Positions 1 to 8,765 of a stretch of 23,501 nucleotides of DNA are shown in pieces (the first letter of the stretch is position 1; the number at the start of each line of letters is the position of its first letter). A model generated the notes under the pieces. That model had not been told where the DNA came from. It ran no database searches and saw only the letters and a program-made list of their open reading frames with translations. Position numbers and translations under genes: made by a program. The stretch is from the NCBI GenBank assembly GCA_029258885.1, contig JAPDJW010000008.1:1-23501 (forward strand), written 5' to 3'. This DNA comes from Thermoproteota archaeon (lineage in GTDB: Archaea; Thermoproteota; Thermoprotei; Thermofilales; B9-G17).

Positions 1-503
1 TCTATAAACTCATCTAAGCTTAAACCTATCTTTTCACATAGCATTATCTTATCTCTTCTAACTCTCCTAGCGAAATCCTTCTGCTTAAACTTCCTCTTAA
101 CGCTCTTCACCTTAACCTCCGCCAGTTTCTTGCTGGGCATAACTAGGGCAGTGGCAATGATAAGCCCCGATATCTGGTCAGCCGCCTTTAAAGCGTATGC
201 AAGCTTAGACTCACATTTATACCCGGTCATCTCATTATGCGCCCTAATAGCGTCGAGAGCCTCTTCAGGTAGATAATCCTTCAACATTTCAGCCGACTTC
301 AACCCATGCATGCTGAAATCGTCCTTAGTCAACTCATAGTCAATATCGTGAAGAAGCCCTACGAGACCCCAGAGATCCTCATCCTCACCGAACCTTCTAG
401 CCAAAGCCCTCATAATCGCCTCAACAGCAAGCATGTGTTTAACAAGCTTATCATTCTTAACGTTTTCAGTTACGAGTTTATACGCTTCATCCCTCGTAAT
501 CAT
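1..503 (-). CDS. HD-superfamily (HDIG-type) predicted hydrolase, 3' end truncated by the window edge
   Basis: Not in the ORF track. Manual translation from ATG at 503 is open to the edge: MITRDEAYKLVTENVKNDKLVKHMLAVEAIMRALARRFGEDEDLWGLVGLLHDIDYE...HGLKSAEML...AIRAHN...AADQISGLIIA...FKQKDFAR. It has the H...HD...D arrangement of HD domains. Confidence 0.9.
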   Translation of the reverse strand, partial: MITRDEAYKLVTENVKNDKLVKHMLAVEAIMRALARRFGEDEDLWGLVGLLHDIDYELTKDDFSMHGLKSAEMLKDYLPEEALDAIRAHNEMTGYKCESKLAYALKAADQISGLIIATALVMPSKKLAEVKVKSVKRKFKQKDFARRVRRDKIMLCEKIGLSLDEFI

Positions 504-742
504 GGTCAAAATAATAATCCTAATAGATATTTATACCCTACTGTACTGCCTAGGCATAGAACTCGGTTCATGGAATACAGATCTTACTGAAAGTAAATAC
601 GATTTATATAAAATAAAAAGGCGGTAATCCAAAGATTTTGGCTGGAGCATCATAACTATACAGCAACTACCTCTACTTAACTGTCTATGCCTATAACCGC
701 CAGCGTCCTGTCGATTCAACTAAATTATACTACATATCATTG

Positions 743-1129
743 CTAGAGAAATTCTACATGAACATCTTCCCTTAGCCTATCGATTATATCTATTATTTCT
801 CTTTTTCTAATGGCATATAGGGCGGGCACGTTTTCTACCTTCGCTGTTGCTAGCGTCCATGCATCAGATAGGCTTATCCTGTATTTACACTTGAACTGCC
901 CAGCTATGCATACCAGTTTATGGGATGGCACTAGGTTTGCTTCTTTGGCTAGTTTCTCTACATATTTTAATGCTTCCTCAACTCCCTCCATTCTACAGAT
1001 TACGTACAGTGTTTCCGATAGAGTAACAACGTTTATGTAACCTTCTCTTATGATATCGTCGAGGTTTCTCTTATAGTAGTATACTATAAGTACGCTAGTG
1101 TCCAGAGCATAGCTTCTCTGCAAACCCAA
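743..1129 (-). CDS. vapC: PIN-domain ribonuclease toxin (VapC-like)
   Basis: 128 aa with PIN motifs ALDTSVL, TLSETLY and SLSDAWTLATA. Overlaps the upstream RHH gene by 35 nt. The usual last acidic motif (T-x-D) is not obvious (LYAIRKRE). Confidence 0.85.
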   Translation of the reverse strand: MGLQRSYALDTSVLIVYYYKRNLDDIIREGYINVVTLSETLYVICRMEGVEEALKYVEKLAKEANLVPSHKLVCIAGQFKCKYRISLSDAWTLATAKVENVPALYAIRKREIIDIIDRLREDVHVEFL

Positions 1130-1367
1130 TCAACCTCTTCTCCTGTAGATTATCTAGTTCATCGACCTCTTTGAGTGGGAGATAAGCTGTTATGATCTTG
1201 AAGTCCTGCTCTATCTCATGCTTATGCCTCTCAACGTACTCCCTCAACGCGTCTCTAACGAGCTCTGATATTGAAGTGAACATCTTCTTCTCCATTAACG
1301 CTTCAAGATAGAGCCAAAGCCTACGGGGAATTCTTAAGGCTGGTATAACAACGGTCTCCTTACTCAT
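1095..1367 (-). CDS. vapB: Ribbon-helix-helix (CopG-like) antitoxin
   Basis: 90 aa. N-terminal strand (VVIPALRIP) followed by two helices (RRLWLYLEALMEK; SISELVRDALREYV). Lies directly upstream of and overlaps the PIN gene. Confidence 0.8.
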   Translation of the reverse strand: MSKETVVIPALRIPRRLWLYLEALMEKKMFTSISELVRDALREYVERHKHEIEQDFKIITAYLPLKEVDELDNLQEKRLIGFAEKLCSGH

Positions 1368-1369
1368 GC

Positions 1370-1403
1370 GTAAATAATATTTACAATTGTAATTAAACTT
1401 TAC
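1370..1403. promoter_or_regulatory. Tandem GTAA-N7-TTAC inverted-repeat boxes, candidate RHH operator
   Basis: GTAA ATAATAT TTAC AATT GTAA TTAAACT TTAC: two boxes at 1370-1384 and 1389-1403, starting 3 nt from the antitoxin start codon in the divergent intergenic region. Confidence 0.55.
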
Positions 1404-1445
1404 TTGAGAAATAAGCTTAAATTAATCCTTTCAAATAAGTCTCCT

Positions 1446-2552
1446 GTGCTGGACGTCATTATAGTTGGTGCGGGACCAGCGGGGCTGGCCACAGCCCTAG
1501 GATTATCGGGTTTTTCAACTAGAGTATACGAGGCATTAGATAAGCCGAATAAGGATAAGCTCTGTGCAGGCTTTGTCCCCATAACCGTATTCGAGGAATT
1601 CAACCTGCCCAAAAACCTCTATAGGCACGAGGTTTCGGCCTTTAGGTTCTTTAAACCCACGGGGGATAGCGTTGCTGTAGAGTTCAATTATATGGTCGGC
1701 GGGAACGTCGATAGAACAGAGTTCGCCGAATATCTAGCTAAGCTCGCCACATCACAGGGAGTAGAGCTATGCACAGGCATGAGGGTGATGGATTTCAGGG
1801 AGAGGGATGGCTATGTGGAGGTAGTTACGGGTGAAGGCGTTGAGAAGGCTAAGTTTCTAGTAATTTCATGTGGTGTTAAGGATAGATTGCCCTTTAAGGT
1901 CATTAATCCGTTTACACGCGATAGACTCGGCTTATGTATTCAAGTTGATGCTCCAAGCAAAGTAGATGCTAGAGGCGAAAACTGGATATTTTACGGGGAG
2001 AAGTATTCGCCCTTCGGCTACGCCTGGATATTTCCTAAGGATAGAGTAGCTAGCATAGGTTTAGGTGCTTTAATAAGCCATATAAAGTCCAACCTTAGGC
2101 TGTATCTGGCTAGGCTTAAAGAGTACCACGAGTTCGATTTAAACAAGGCTAGGTTTCACCCCGTCCCCCTATCCGGACCTATAAAGAATATTGCTACTAG
2201 GAGAGTTCTACTGGTCGGGGATTCAGCTGGCCACGTGTCCCCGATAACTGGTGAGGGCATAAAGTATGCTATGTCTGCTGGACGTGAGGCCGCTAAGGCT
2301 ATTTCTATGGCCCTTAGAGGCGATATCTCGGTTAAGGATGTTCGTACAGTCTACTTAAAGGGGTTGAGTAAAACAGTCTTCCCTGATTTAAGGATTGGGA
2401 GGATGCTTATGAGGATTGTTGAGAGGAGAATGCTTAAATCCAGTGGTTTATTTAAGGATAGGGAGAAGCTTAGGGCTGTGGCTGAACTCTATGCTAGCAA
2501 TATATCCCATTTTAAGGCTGCACTCAAATACCTTAAGGCGGTAGTGAGTTGA
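1446..2552 (+). CDS. Geranylgeranyl reductase family FAD-dependent oxidoreductase
   Basis: Rossmann motif DVIIVGAGPAG, then KLCAG, DRTEF, YAWIFPK and LLVGDSAGHVSPITGEGIKYAM. I prefer the GTG start at 1446 because the ORF-track extension to 1404 is AT-rich and promoter-like. Confidence 0.9.
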   Translation: MLDVIIVGAGPAGLATALGLSGFSTRVYEALDKPNKDKLCAGFVPITVFEEFNLPKNLYRHEVSAFRFFKPTGDSVAVEFNYMVGGNVDRTEFAEYLAKLATSQGVELCTGMRVMDFRERDGYVEVVTGEGVEKAKFLVISCGVKDRLPFKVINPFTRDRLGLCIQVDAPSKVDARGENWIFYGEKYSPFGYAWIFPKDRVASIGLGALISHIKSNLRLYLARLKEYHEFDLNKARFHPVPLSGPIKNIATRRVLLVGDSAGHVSPITGEGIKYAMSAGREAAKAISMALRGDISVKDVRTVYLKGLSKTVFPDLRIGRMLMRIVERRMLKSSGLFKDREKLRAVAELYASNISHFKAALKYLKAVVS

Positions 2553-2556
2553 TTAT

Positions 2557-3294
2557 ATGGAAGATTTAATAATTATTTTAATAGGATTTACTGCCGGCTT
2601 AGTCGGCTCAATGCTGGGGGTAGGCGGGGGTTTCCTCATAGTTCCCCTGCTGTGCCTCCTCCTGTATCTGCCGATGCATGTTGCGATTGGTTTAAGTTTA
2701 TCCTCCATCGTAGCAACCTCGATATTCTCCACTATAACGTATTCGAGGAAGAGAATGATAGATCTCAGGATTGGATTAACACTGGAGATAATTACGTTGA
2801 TGGGTGCTATATGTGGCTCACATATCGCCCTCCTCCTCAGCGATAAAGTTCTTAAGGCAATATTTGGAATAGCGTTGTCGTATGCCTCAATAAGGATGAT
2901 ATTTCCATCTAAAGGTGGAGAAGGTAAACGTGTAAGCCTGCCTGTAGCCCTTATGATATCCTTCATGGCAGGAATGGCCTCGGGAATGCTTGGAATAGGT
3001 GGTGGCACAATTAAGGTTCCCTTGATGGTTCTTCTATTTAATATTCCCGTGAAAACCGCTATTGCTACCAGCGCGTTTATGGTTGGTTTAACGGCCTCCA
3101 CCGCGGCGATAACGTATCAGTTGAACGGTCTTGTAGATCCAATGTATGTCGTAAGAATAATTATTGGAATATTTGCTGGAGTAAATGTTGGATGTAGGCT
3201 GGCTTTAAAGGCGAAGCCCATGATATTGAGGAGGGCATTTGGCGTCATACTCCTAACTTTAGCTCTAAGAATGCTCTTGGAGGGGATTATGTAG
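2557..3294 (+). CDS. Sulfite exporter TauE/SafE (TSUP) family membrane protein
   Basis: Highly hydrophobic with two internal repeats carrying the family motifs GSMLGVGGGFLIVP and SGMLGIGGGTIKVP. Confidence 0.9.
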   Translation: MEDLIIILIGFTAGLVGSMLGVGGGFLIVPLLCLLLYLPMHVAIGLSLSSIVATSIFSTITYSRKRMIDLRIGLTLEIITLMGAICGSHIALLLSDKVLKAIFGIALSYASIRMIFPSKGGEGKRVSLPVALMISFMAGMASGMLGIGGGTIKVPLMVLLFNIPVKTAIATSAFMVGLTASTAAITYQLNGLVDPMYVVRIIIGIFAGVNVGCRLALKAKPMILRRAFGVILLTLALRMLLEGIM

Positions 3295-3557
3295 TGGACG
3301 TACAGGTGAAGTACTCGAAGCTACTTAAAGTGCTATCCTGCATTACACTGCTTATGGCAGTAGTTGGAATAGGGTTAAATAATAGAAATATGGCTTGGAT
3401 AGGTGTTATTACTCTTAACATAACCCCAATAGCTGGTATAGTCTACTTAACGTTATCGCTGGTGAAGACCGATAGGAAAACATTCTACTTAGCCCTAGCA
3501 ATACTCTTACTACTAGTGGCTAACATACTAGTTAATGTATTATTTTCCAAAATATAG
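3294..3557 (+). CDS. Small membrane protein with about 3 TM helices (DUF1634-like TSUP partner)
   Basis: 87 aa, hydrophobic, with a LNITP motif. The GTG start overlaps the TauE stop by 1 nt. DUF1634-type genes commonly follow TSUP genes; that family call is from recall. Confidence 0.65.
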   Translation: MDVQVKYSKLLKVLSCITLLMAVVGIGLNNRNMAWIGVITLNITPIAGIVYLTLSLVKTDRKTFYLALAILLLLVANILVNVLFSKI

Positions 3558-3580
3558 CCACCTACGTCTGCCTTAAATCC

Positions 3581-5278
3581 TCACATTCTCTCAGGAGCTT
3601 CTAGGGATAGTATATTTAGAGCCTTCTCCATAACTTGGGCTATCGCTGATATGAGCGTTAACCTGTAGGATCTTATTTCAACGTCGTTCGCCAGTATCCT
3701 ATGTCTATGATAGTAGTTTGAAAACTGTTTAGCTAGATCGTAGGCGTACAGCGCTATGGGTAATGTGGATAACTCTTCAACAGCCCTCTCAACTTCCAGC
3801 CTGAATAGTAGAAGCTTCTTTAGTAGCATTTTCTCCTCATCGCTTAGGTTACTAATGGTATATCTGTATTCGAAACTTCCAGCCTTCCTCAGTATGCTTT
3901 TAATCCTAACCATTGTGTAGAGGAGGTATGGTCCACTAAATCCCTCAAACTTTAGGATTTTACCCCAGTCGAACTTTATGTCTTTTTCATTTTCAACGCT
4001 CAGAATAGCGTACTTTACGGCGCCTATACCGACCTTTCTTGCTATATCCTTAAGCTCGTCCCCAGATATATCGGGGTTCCTTTTAAGCACTTCCTTCTCT
4101 GCCATGCCTATCCCCTTCTCCAGCACATCCTTTAGGAATATTACCCTGCCCTCTCTGGTTGACATTTTGCCCTCCTTTAGCTGTATTAGACCGAATGGTA
4201 CGTGGATGCACCGCCTAGCGTAGTCGTATCCTAGGAGCTCCATTATTTTAAATAGTTGCTTGAAGTGGAGCTTTTGCTCGCTTCCCGTAACGTATATGGC
4301 TCTATCAAACCTGTGTTTATTGAACCTGTACTTCATTAAGCCGAAGTCGCTGGTAATGTAGAGGGATGTTCCATCCGACCTCAAGATAACGCAGTTTGGC
4401 AGCCCGTGTGGCTTTAAATTGGCTACAACCTCCCCGTTCTCCCCTACGAATGCTATGCCCTTATCTAAGGCTTCCTTAACGATCTCCTTGCCGAGCATGA
4501 AGACTTCCGTCTCCCTGACAACTTCATCGAATCTGACGTCTAGGAGATCGTATATTCTGCTGAAACCCTTCCAGCTTGCCTTAAATATCCTGTTAAGCAT
4601 CTCTAGTGCCTTGGGATCCCTCATATCTATTCTCCTAACCCACTCCCTAGCCTTCTCAATGAGCTTAGGGTCTTCCTCGGAGGCCTTGTGGAACCTTACG
4701 TAGAGGTCCATCAGCGCCTTCTCGGGATCCTCTATTTCATCGAGCGGTGGGAGCCCCCAGAGCTCGATGGCTGCAATGAGCTTGCCCATGTGAAGCCCTC
4801 TATCGTTCATGTAGTTGCTCCTCACAACATTGAATCCCGTGAATTCAAGTAACCTGGATAATGCCTCGCCTATAATCGTTGACCTTATATGGCCTAAATG
4901 CATTGGCTTACCGGGATTTGGACACGAGTAGTCTACGACAACTTTAGCACCATGCCCTAGGTCTATGTCAAAGAATCTTCCGGAGATAATCTCACGCAAC
5001 AATATATCGGATAGCTTCTCATAGTTATAGTAGAAGTTTAGGTATCCCCTGACAGCCTCTACCCTAGAGAATATATCCGGGGGCTTCAGCTTAGAACATA
5101 ACTCTTCAGCGATTTCTACGGGGCTTCTCCTGAGCTCTCTAGATAATTTAAACGCCGCTATACATGCAACGTCGGCTACATCACTTTTAAAGATAATCCA
5201 GTCATCGCCGACGGTTAATCCTATATCTGTGAATGCCTTCTTAATTAAATCCCTTATGTACTCGAGCATATTGGGCAC
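3581..5278 (-). CDS. argS: Arginine--tRNA ligase
   Basis: Class I motifs: VDYSCPNPGKPMHLGHIRS (HIGH), NDRG, RSDGTSLY, KMSTREG (KMSKS) and EGFSGPYLLY. The true start may be ATG at 5269. Confidence 0.97.
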   Translation of the reverse strand: MPNMLEYIRDLIKKAFTDIGLTVGDDWIIFKSDVADVACIAAFKLSRELRRSPVEIAEELCSKLKPPDIFSRVEAVRGYLNFYYNYEKLSDILLREIISGRFFDIDLGHGAKVVVDYSCPNPGKPMHLGHIRSTIIGEALSRLLEFTGFNVVRSNYMNDRGLHMGKLIAAIELWGLPPLDEIEDPEKALMDLYVRFHKASEEDPKLIEKAREWVRRIDMRDPKALEMLNRIFKASWKGFSRIYDLLDVRFDEVVRETEVFMLGKEIVKEALDKGIAFVGENGEVVANLKPHGLPNCVILRSDGTSLYITSDFGLMKYRFNKHRFDRAIYVTGSEQKLHFKQLFKIMELLGYDYARRCIHVPFGLIQLKEGKMSTREGRVIFLKDVLEKGIGMAEKEVLKRNPDISGDELKDIARKVGIGAVKYAILSVENEKDIKFDWGKILKFEGFSGPYLLYTMVRIKSILRKAGSFEYRYTISNLSDEEKMLLKKLLLFRLEVERAVEELSTLPIALYAYDLAKQFSNYYHRHRILANDVEIRSYRLTLISAIAQVMEKALNILSLEAPERM

Positions 5279-5335
5279 TTCCAGCCTTTAACTAGAATAC
5301 CGATTAAACACTGTAATATTTTTTCCGACGTTAGC

Positions 5336-6280
5336 CTACATTCTAGCTACCTCCACTACTACTGGCACGGTGAAGGTGTAGCCTCTCCTCATAACGGTTA
5401 GCATCGCCTGCTCTCCAGGCATCTTAGTCCTAATGGCTCTCCTCAGATCCCTGAGAGTTTTCACCCTATAGCTGTCGAAATATGTTATCACATCGCCCCT
5501 TACAAGCCCAGCTCTCTGGGCAGGAGATCCCGGCGCCACATCTATGACGACAACTCCTTCAACATAGGGGATATTCATCTGGGATGCCATTATCTTATCG
5601 AGAGTATATCCGTATATCCCTATCCACGGCCGCACTATTCTCCCGTACCTGAGTAGCTGATAGTATAGGAACTTTACCTCGTTTACGGGGATAGCGAAGC
5701 CTATCCCCTGAGCATAGGGGATCATCGCCGTATTTACTCCGACAACCTCGCCCCTAAGGTTAAGTAGGGGTCCCCCACTATTTCCCGGGTTTATAGCTGC
5801 ATCCGTCTGAATTAAATCCTCAAAGAACCTGTTGCCTACCTTTATGCTCCTATTTAATCCGCTTACTACACCGAATGTTACCGATATTCCGCCGACTATA
5901 TGGCTGAATGGGCTGCCAACAGCTATGACGAATTGCCCTACTTTAAGCTTATCTGAATCACCTAAAACCAGCGGTCTTAAATCCCTCCTCTCAACCTTTA
6001 GGAAGGCTATATCAGACCACCTATCTAAATCAACTATCTTAGCATTCTCAACTTCACCGTCCTGAAAAGTGACCTGAATCTCCCTAGCCCCCTCAACTAC
6101 ATGAGCGTTTGTAATTAGGATACCATTGCTATCCATTACAAAGCCAGCGCCAATGCCCTTCACCGACTCTACTAGGAAGAATAGGTCTAGAAGCCTCACA
6201 GTAGTTATGCTAACTACGCTATCCTTAACCATCTCATAGACCGATACCACTGACTCCTCCAAATCCATTAACAATAACAC
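5336..6280 (-). CDS. htrA: HtrA/DegP-family trypsin-like serine protease with one C-terminal PDZ domain
   Basis: Catalytic triad motifs TNAHVV, DIAFLKV and TDAAINPGNSGGPL, then PDZ (RPWIGI...GSPAQRAGLVRGDVI). No signal peptide or TM segment is visible. The start may be ATG at 6268. Confidence 0.93.
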   Translation of the reverse strand: MLLLMDLEESVVSVYEMVKDSVVSITTVRLLDLFFLVESVKGIGAGFVMDSNGILITNAHVVEGAREIQVTFQDGEVENAKIVDLDRWSDIAFLKVERRDLRPLVLGDSDKLKVGQFVIAVGSPFSHIVGGISVTFGVVSGLNRSIKVGNRFFEDLIQTDAAINPGNSGGPLLNLRGEVVGVNTAMIPYAQGIGFAIPVNEVKFLYYQLLRYGRIVRPWIGIYGYTLDKIMASQMNIPYVEGVVVIDVAPGSPAQRAGLVRGDVITYFDSYRVKTLRDLRRAIRTKMPGEQAMLTVMRRGYTFTVPVVVEVARM

Positions 6281-6326
6281 CTAATCATTCATAATGCCTA
6301 CCTACAACAGATTAGACAAGAAGGTA

Positions 6327-6683
6327 CTATAATAAATTCTTATGGGAATCTTCGAGTATTTTTAAATTAAGGTCTGCCTCAACCTCCCTAATAATCCTAA
6401 AGTGATTGTCTGCTGTTATAAGCCGAAGTCTATGGTTTATAGCTATGGATGCAACCAGTATATCAATAGCAGGGATAGTCTTTCCGCGTTCAAGCAGTTT
6501 AACCGAAATCTCCAAGGCTAGCCTAAAGTCCTCCTTACTAGGGTAGATAACTTTCAGTTCACTAAATTCTAAGACTTTAGGAAATTCTATAATATTGAAA
6601 ATAGTGGTATAGCCGGAGATGTTAATTTTCCTCTCCCTATATAATTCAATTAAGACGTTGGTATCGTAGAGATTCTCTTCCAT
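6327..6683 (-). CDS. vapC: PIN-domain ribonuclease toxin (VapC-like)
   Basis: 118 aa with all four acidic PIN motifs: YDTNVL, IIEFP, AIDILVASIA and LITADNHF. Overlaps the upstream antitoxin by 34 nt. Confidence 0.9.
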   Translation of the reverse strand: MEENLYDTNVLIELYRERKINISGYTTIFNIIEFPKVLEFSELKVIYPSKEDFRLALEISVKLLERGKTIPAIDILVASIAINHRLRLITADNHFRIIREVEADLNLKILEDSHKNLL

Positions 6684-6919
6684 TCCTTATCCCTCATACC
6701 CTTGTAATACTCGACCGCTTTTTCGAAGCTGATTTTGGAAAGTCTCTCCTCAAAATCTCTCCCTAAATCTTTCAGGATCTCGCCACACGTGGTAATATTC
6801 TCAAGTCTATTTAAATACTCTATAATAGCCTTTCTAGCGATTTCACTCCATTTAATCTCCGGGTGCTTCTTCATTTTCCTATAGATTTCGTCGGGAATGG
6901 ACAGAGTAATATTGGCCAT
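6650..6919 (-). CDS. vapB: VapB-type antitoxin (RHH-like)
   Basis: MANITLSIPDEIYRKMKKHPEIKWSEIARKAI is the typical archaeal antitoxin N-terminus. Start placed at ATG 6919 rather than the ORF-track 6940. Confidence 0.85.
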   Translation of the reverse strand: MANITLSIPDEIYRKMKKHPEIKWSEIARKAIIEYLNRLENITTCGEILKDLGRDFEERLSKISFEKAVEYYKGMRDKEWKRISTIPTS

Positions 6920-6926
6920 AATTAAA

Positions 6927-6944
6927 ATATGTGAATACACATAT
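6927..6944. promoter_or_regulatory. Inverted repeat ATATGTG-AATA-CACATAT, candidate antitoxin operator
   Basis: Perfect 7-bp arms beginning 8 nt upstream of the antitoxin ATG, adjacent to an AT-rich TATA-like stretch. Confidence 0.5.
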
Positions 6945-7025
6945 ATATTTATATTGTGTGAAAACTATTTAAATGCTTCATCGGCTTGCCTCGATAGCAA
7001 TTGAGGGAGGAGCATAAGGACAAGT

Positions 7026-7673
7026 CTAATCGATACGTATTATCCTTCTAATACAGCTTGGAGGCACGTAATCGGTAACGTATACGTCTCTAGATGCCCT
7101 ATAAACCTTATGTCTAAGCCGCACCAGCTTCTTTACATCGATTTCAAGAACTACGTGTCTACCCTTCTTCCTCAACGCATTAATTTTGGCGGCCTCAAAG
7201 CTACCGGATAAATGGACCATCAGCCTCTTCATCGGAAGTATCCCCTTCCTCCTAATGCCCTTCAAGGCTTCAACCGTCGTGCCGTGATAGAGAACTCCCT
7301 CATGGACCTCCTCATTGAACTCCAGCTTAACCTTAACGCTATGCCCATACCTAGCCCTAATTAAGCCGTCCTTCAGCTCGAACCTACCTTTAGGATCCAG
7401 CATCACGATGGCGATCACGTGTTCAGCTGTAAGCCAGCTATACCCCCTCATCCTTATACCCTCAACTAAATCGTCTATTCTAGCGTAGCCCCCGGAATCC
7501 AGCTTAACTCCGTACTGTTCAGGAAAATGCCTTAGTATACCGGAAATTAGCTTGCTTAGTTTAAGCCTAAGGTTGGCGGGCAGGAGGAGGACTGTTTCAC
7601 GCCCGCAGTGCCTATACTCCTCCGTATATCCTCCGCATACCCTACATTTCCTAATGTCTCTGAGAAAAGCCAC
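7026..7673 (-). CDS. kptA: RNA 2'-phosphotransferase (KptA/Tpt1)
   Basis: LSKLISGILRHFP, DPKGRFE, IRARYGHS, LYHGT and VHLS motifs, plus an N-terminal CxxC...HC zinc-ribbon-like segment. GGTGA RBS at 7683-7687 before the GTG. Confidence 0.95.
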   Translation of the reverse strand: MAFLRDIRKCRVCGGYTEEYRHCGRETVLLLPANLRLKLSKLISGILRHFPEQYGVKLDSGGYARIDDLVEGIRMRGYSWLTAEHVIAIVMLDPKGRFELKDGLIRARYGHSVKVKLEFNEEVHEGVLYHGTTVEALKGIRRKGILPMKRLMVHLSGSFEAAKINALRKKGRHVVLEIDVKKLVRLRHKVYRASRDVYVTDYVPPSCIRRIIRID

Positions 7674-7714
7674 TGGCTCTACTCACCTTTAAAAGATAAA
7701 ATAAAATATAACTT

Positions 7715-8029
7715 TTAATCTTTATACAAAACAACGTATCTAAAGTTTCTTTTATTCTCGATTTTTACCTTAAAATTCCTCCGCAGGACGTCCTCAACGT
7801 CCCTGTAGAAGTACTGGTTTGTGAGTCTTGAGGGAGGCCTAATTCTGGGCACGAGCCCCCTAATAGTGCTTAGATTCACGGTCTTACGTACATAGGATAT
7901 ATAGGCATACCTGAGGAGTGTTCTAAGTTTAATGGAGATCTTTTTAGATTTCGTATCCTTAAGAAGCTGTCCGGTGACTAAGAGAACATGGTCGAGAATT
8001 TTCCTCTTATCAGGAACCTTTTCCCTCAT
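7715..8029 (-). CDS. Hypothetical strongly basic protein (104 aa)
   Basis: ATG at 8029 preceded by a GGTGG RBS-like sequence. 27 K/R versus 9 D/E. Fills the gap on the same strand as kptA. Confidence 0.75.
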   Translation of the reverse strand: MREKVPDKRKILDHVLLVTGQLLKDTKSKKISIKLRTLLRYAYISYVRKTVNLSTIRGLVPRIRPPSRLTNQYFYRDVEDVLRRNFKVKIENKRNFRYVVLYKD

Positions 8030-8280
8030 TATTCCACCAAACCCTATATGCGGGGAGATGCAGTTAATATATATTAGCACGATAAACTATAAAAATCTAC
8101 CTAAATACCTTTAAGCCATTAGCTGGCAGGGGCTGAATATGGACATTTATTTTAAGTATTGATATAGCTAAAAGACTGGAGAATAAGCCTATATCACTTT
8201 ATACACACAGCGGTATTACTTAATAAAGTTTAATGTTTATATATGAGCAGCTACGTAAATTTTAGTACAGAAAAATATCG

Positions 8281-8745
8281 GTGAATATTTTGAACTCTAA
8301 GCGGCTCGATGAAATAGATATGAAATTGCTGAAAATCCTCCAGGAAAATGCGAAAACCTCATACTCTAAGATATCAAAGATGCTGGGGGTGAGTGAGGCA
8401 ACAGTACATCTAAGAATTAAGAAGCTTAAGGATATGGGTATAATTAAGAAGTTTCAGGCAATAATAGATCCCGAGAAGGTAGGTAAGGGAGTTATGGCCA
8501 TAATAGCAATAACAGCCGAACCTAAGAAATTCGATAGGGTTCTTGCAAGCCTGGCTAAGATCGACGATATATATGAAATCTACGACGTAACTGGTGAATA
8601 CTATGCCATACTGAAAGTTAGGGTTAGGAGTAGGGAGGAGCTTGCAAGGGTTCTTGATACAATAGGAAATATAGATGGTATTCTTTCGACGAAAACAATG
8701 TATGTGCTTAGAGTTATTAAGGAGGATACGGTAATCAAAATATAG
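8281..8745 (+). CDS. Lrp/AsnC family transcriptional regulator
   Basis: LDEIDMKLLKILQENAKTSYSKISKMLGVSEATVHLRIKKL HTH, then a RAM domain (IYDVTGEYYAILKV). Confidence 0.95.
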   Translation: MNILNSKRLDEIDMKLLKILQENAKTSYSKISKMLGVSEATVHLRIKKLKDMGIIKKFQAIIDPEKVGKGVMAIIAITAEPKKFDRVLASLAKIDDIYEIYDVTGEYYAILKVRVRSREELARVLDTIGNIDGILSTKTMYVLRVIKEDTVIKI

Positions 8746-8765
8746 AGATGGATTAGATAGGGATA

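Noticed and set aside
306-719. ORF-track ORFs 306-590 (+), 433-627 (+) and 531-719 (-)
   Set aside because: The first two are antisense shadows of the HD hydrolase that the track missed. The third has no RBS or recognisable motif. A broken frame in 504-742 (IDRTLAVIGIDS*VEVVAV) was too weak to call a pseudogene.
2553-3101. 182-aa minus-strand ORF
   Set aside because: Fully antisense to the TauE gene, and its composition is the typical mirror of a hydrophobic membrane gene.
3978-6065. Plus-strand ORFs 3978-4223, 4419-4703 and 5832-6065
   Set aside because: Ser/Thr-rich antisense shadows of argS and htrA.
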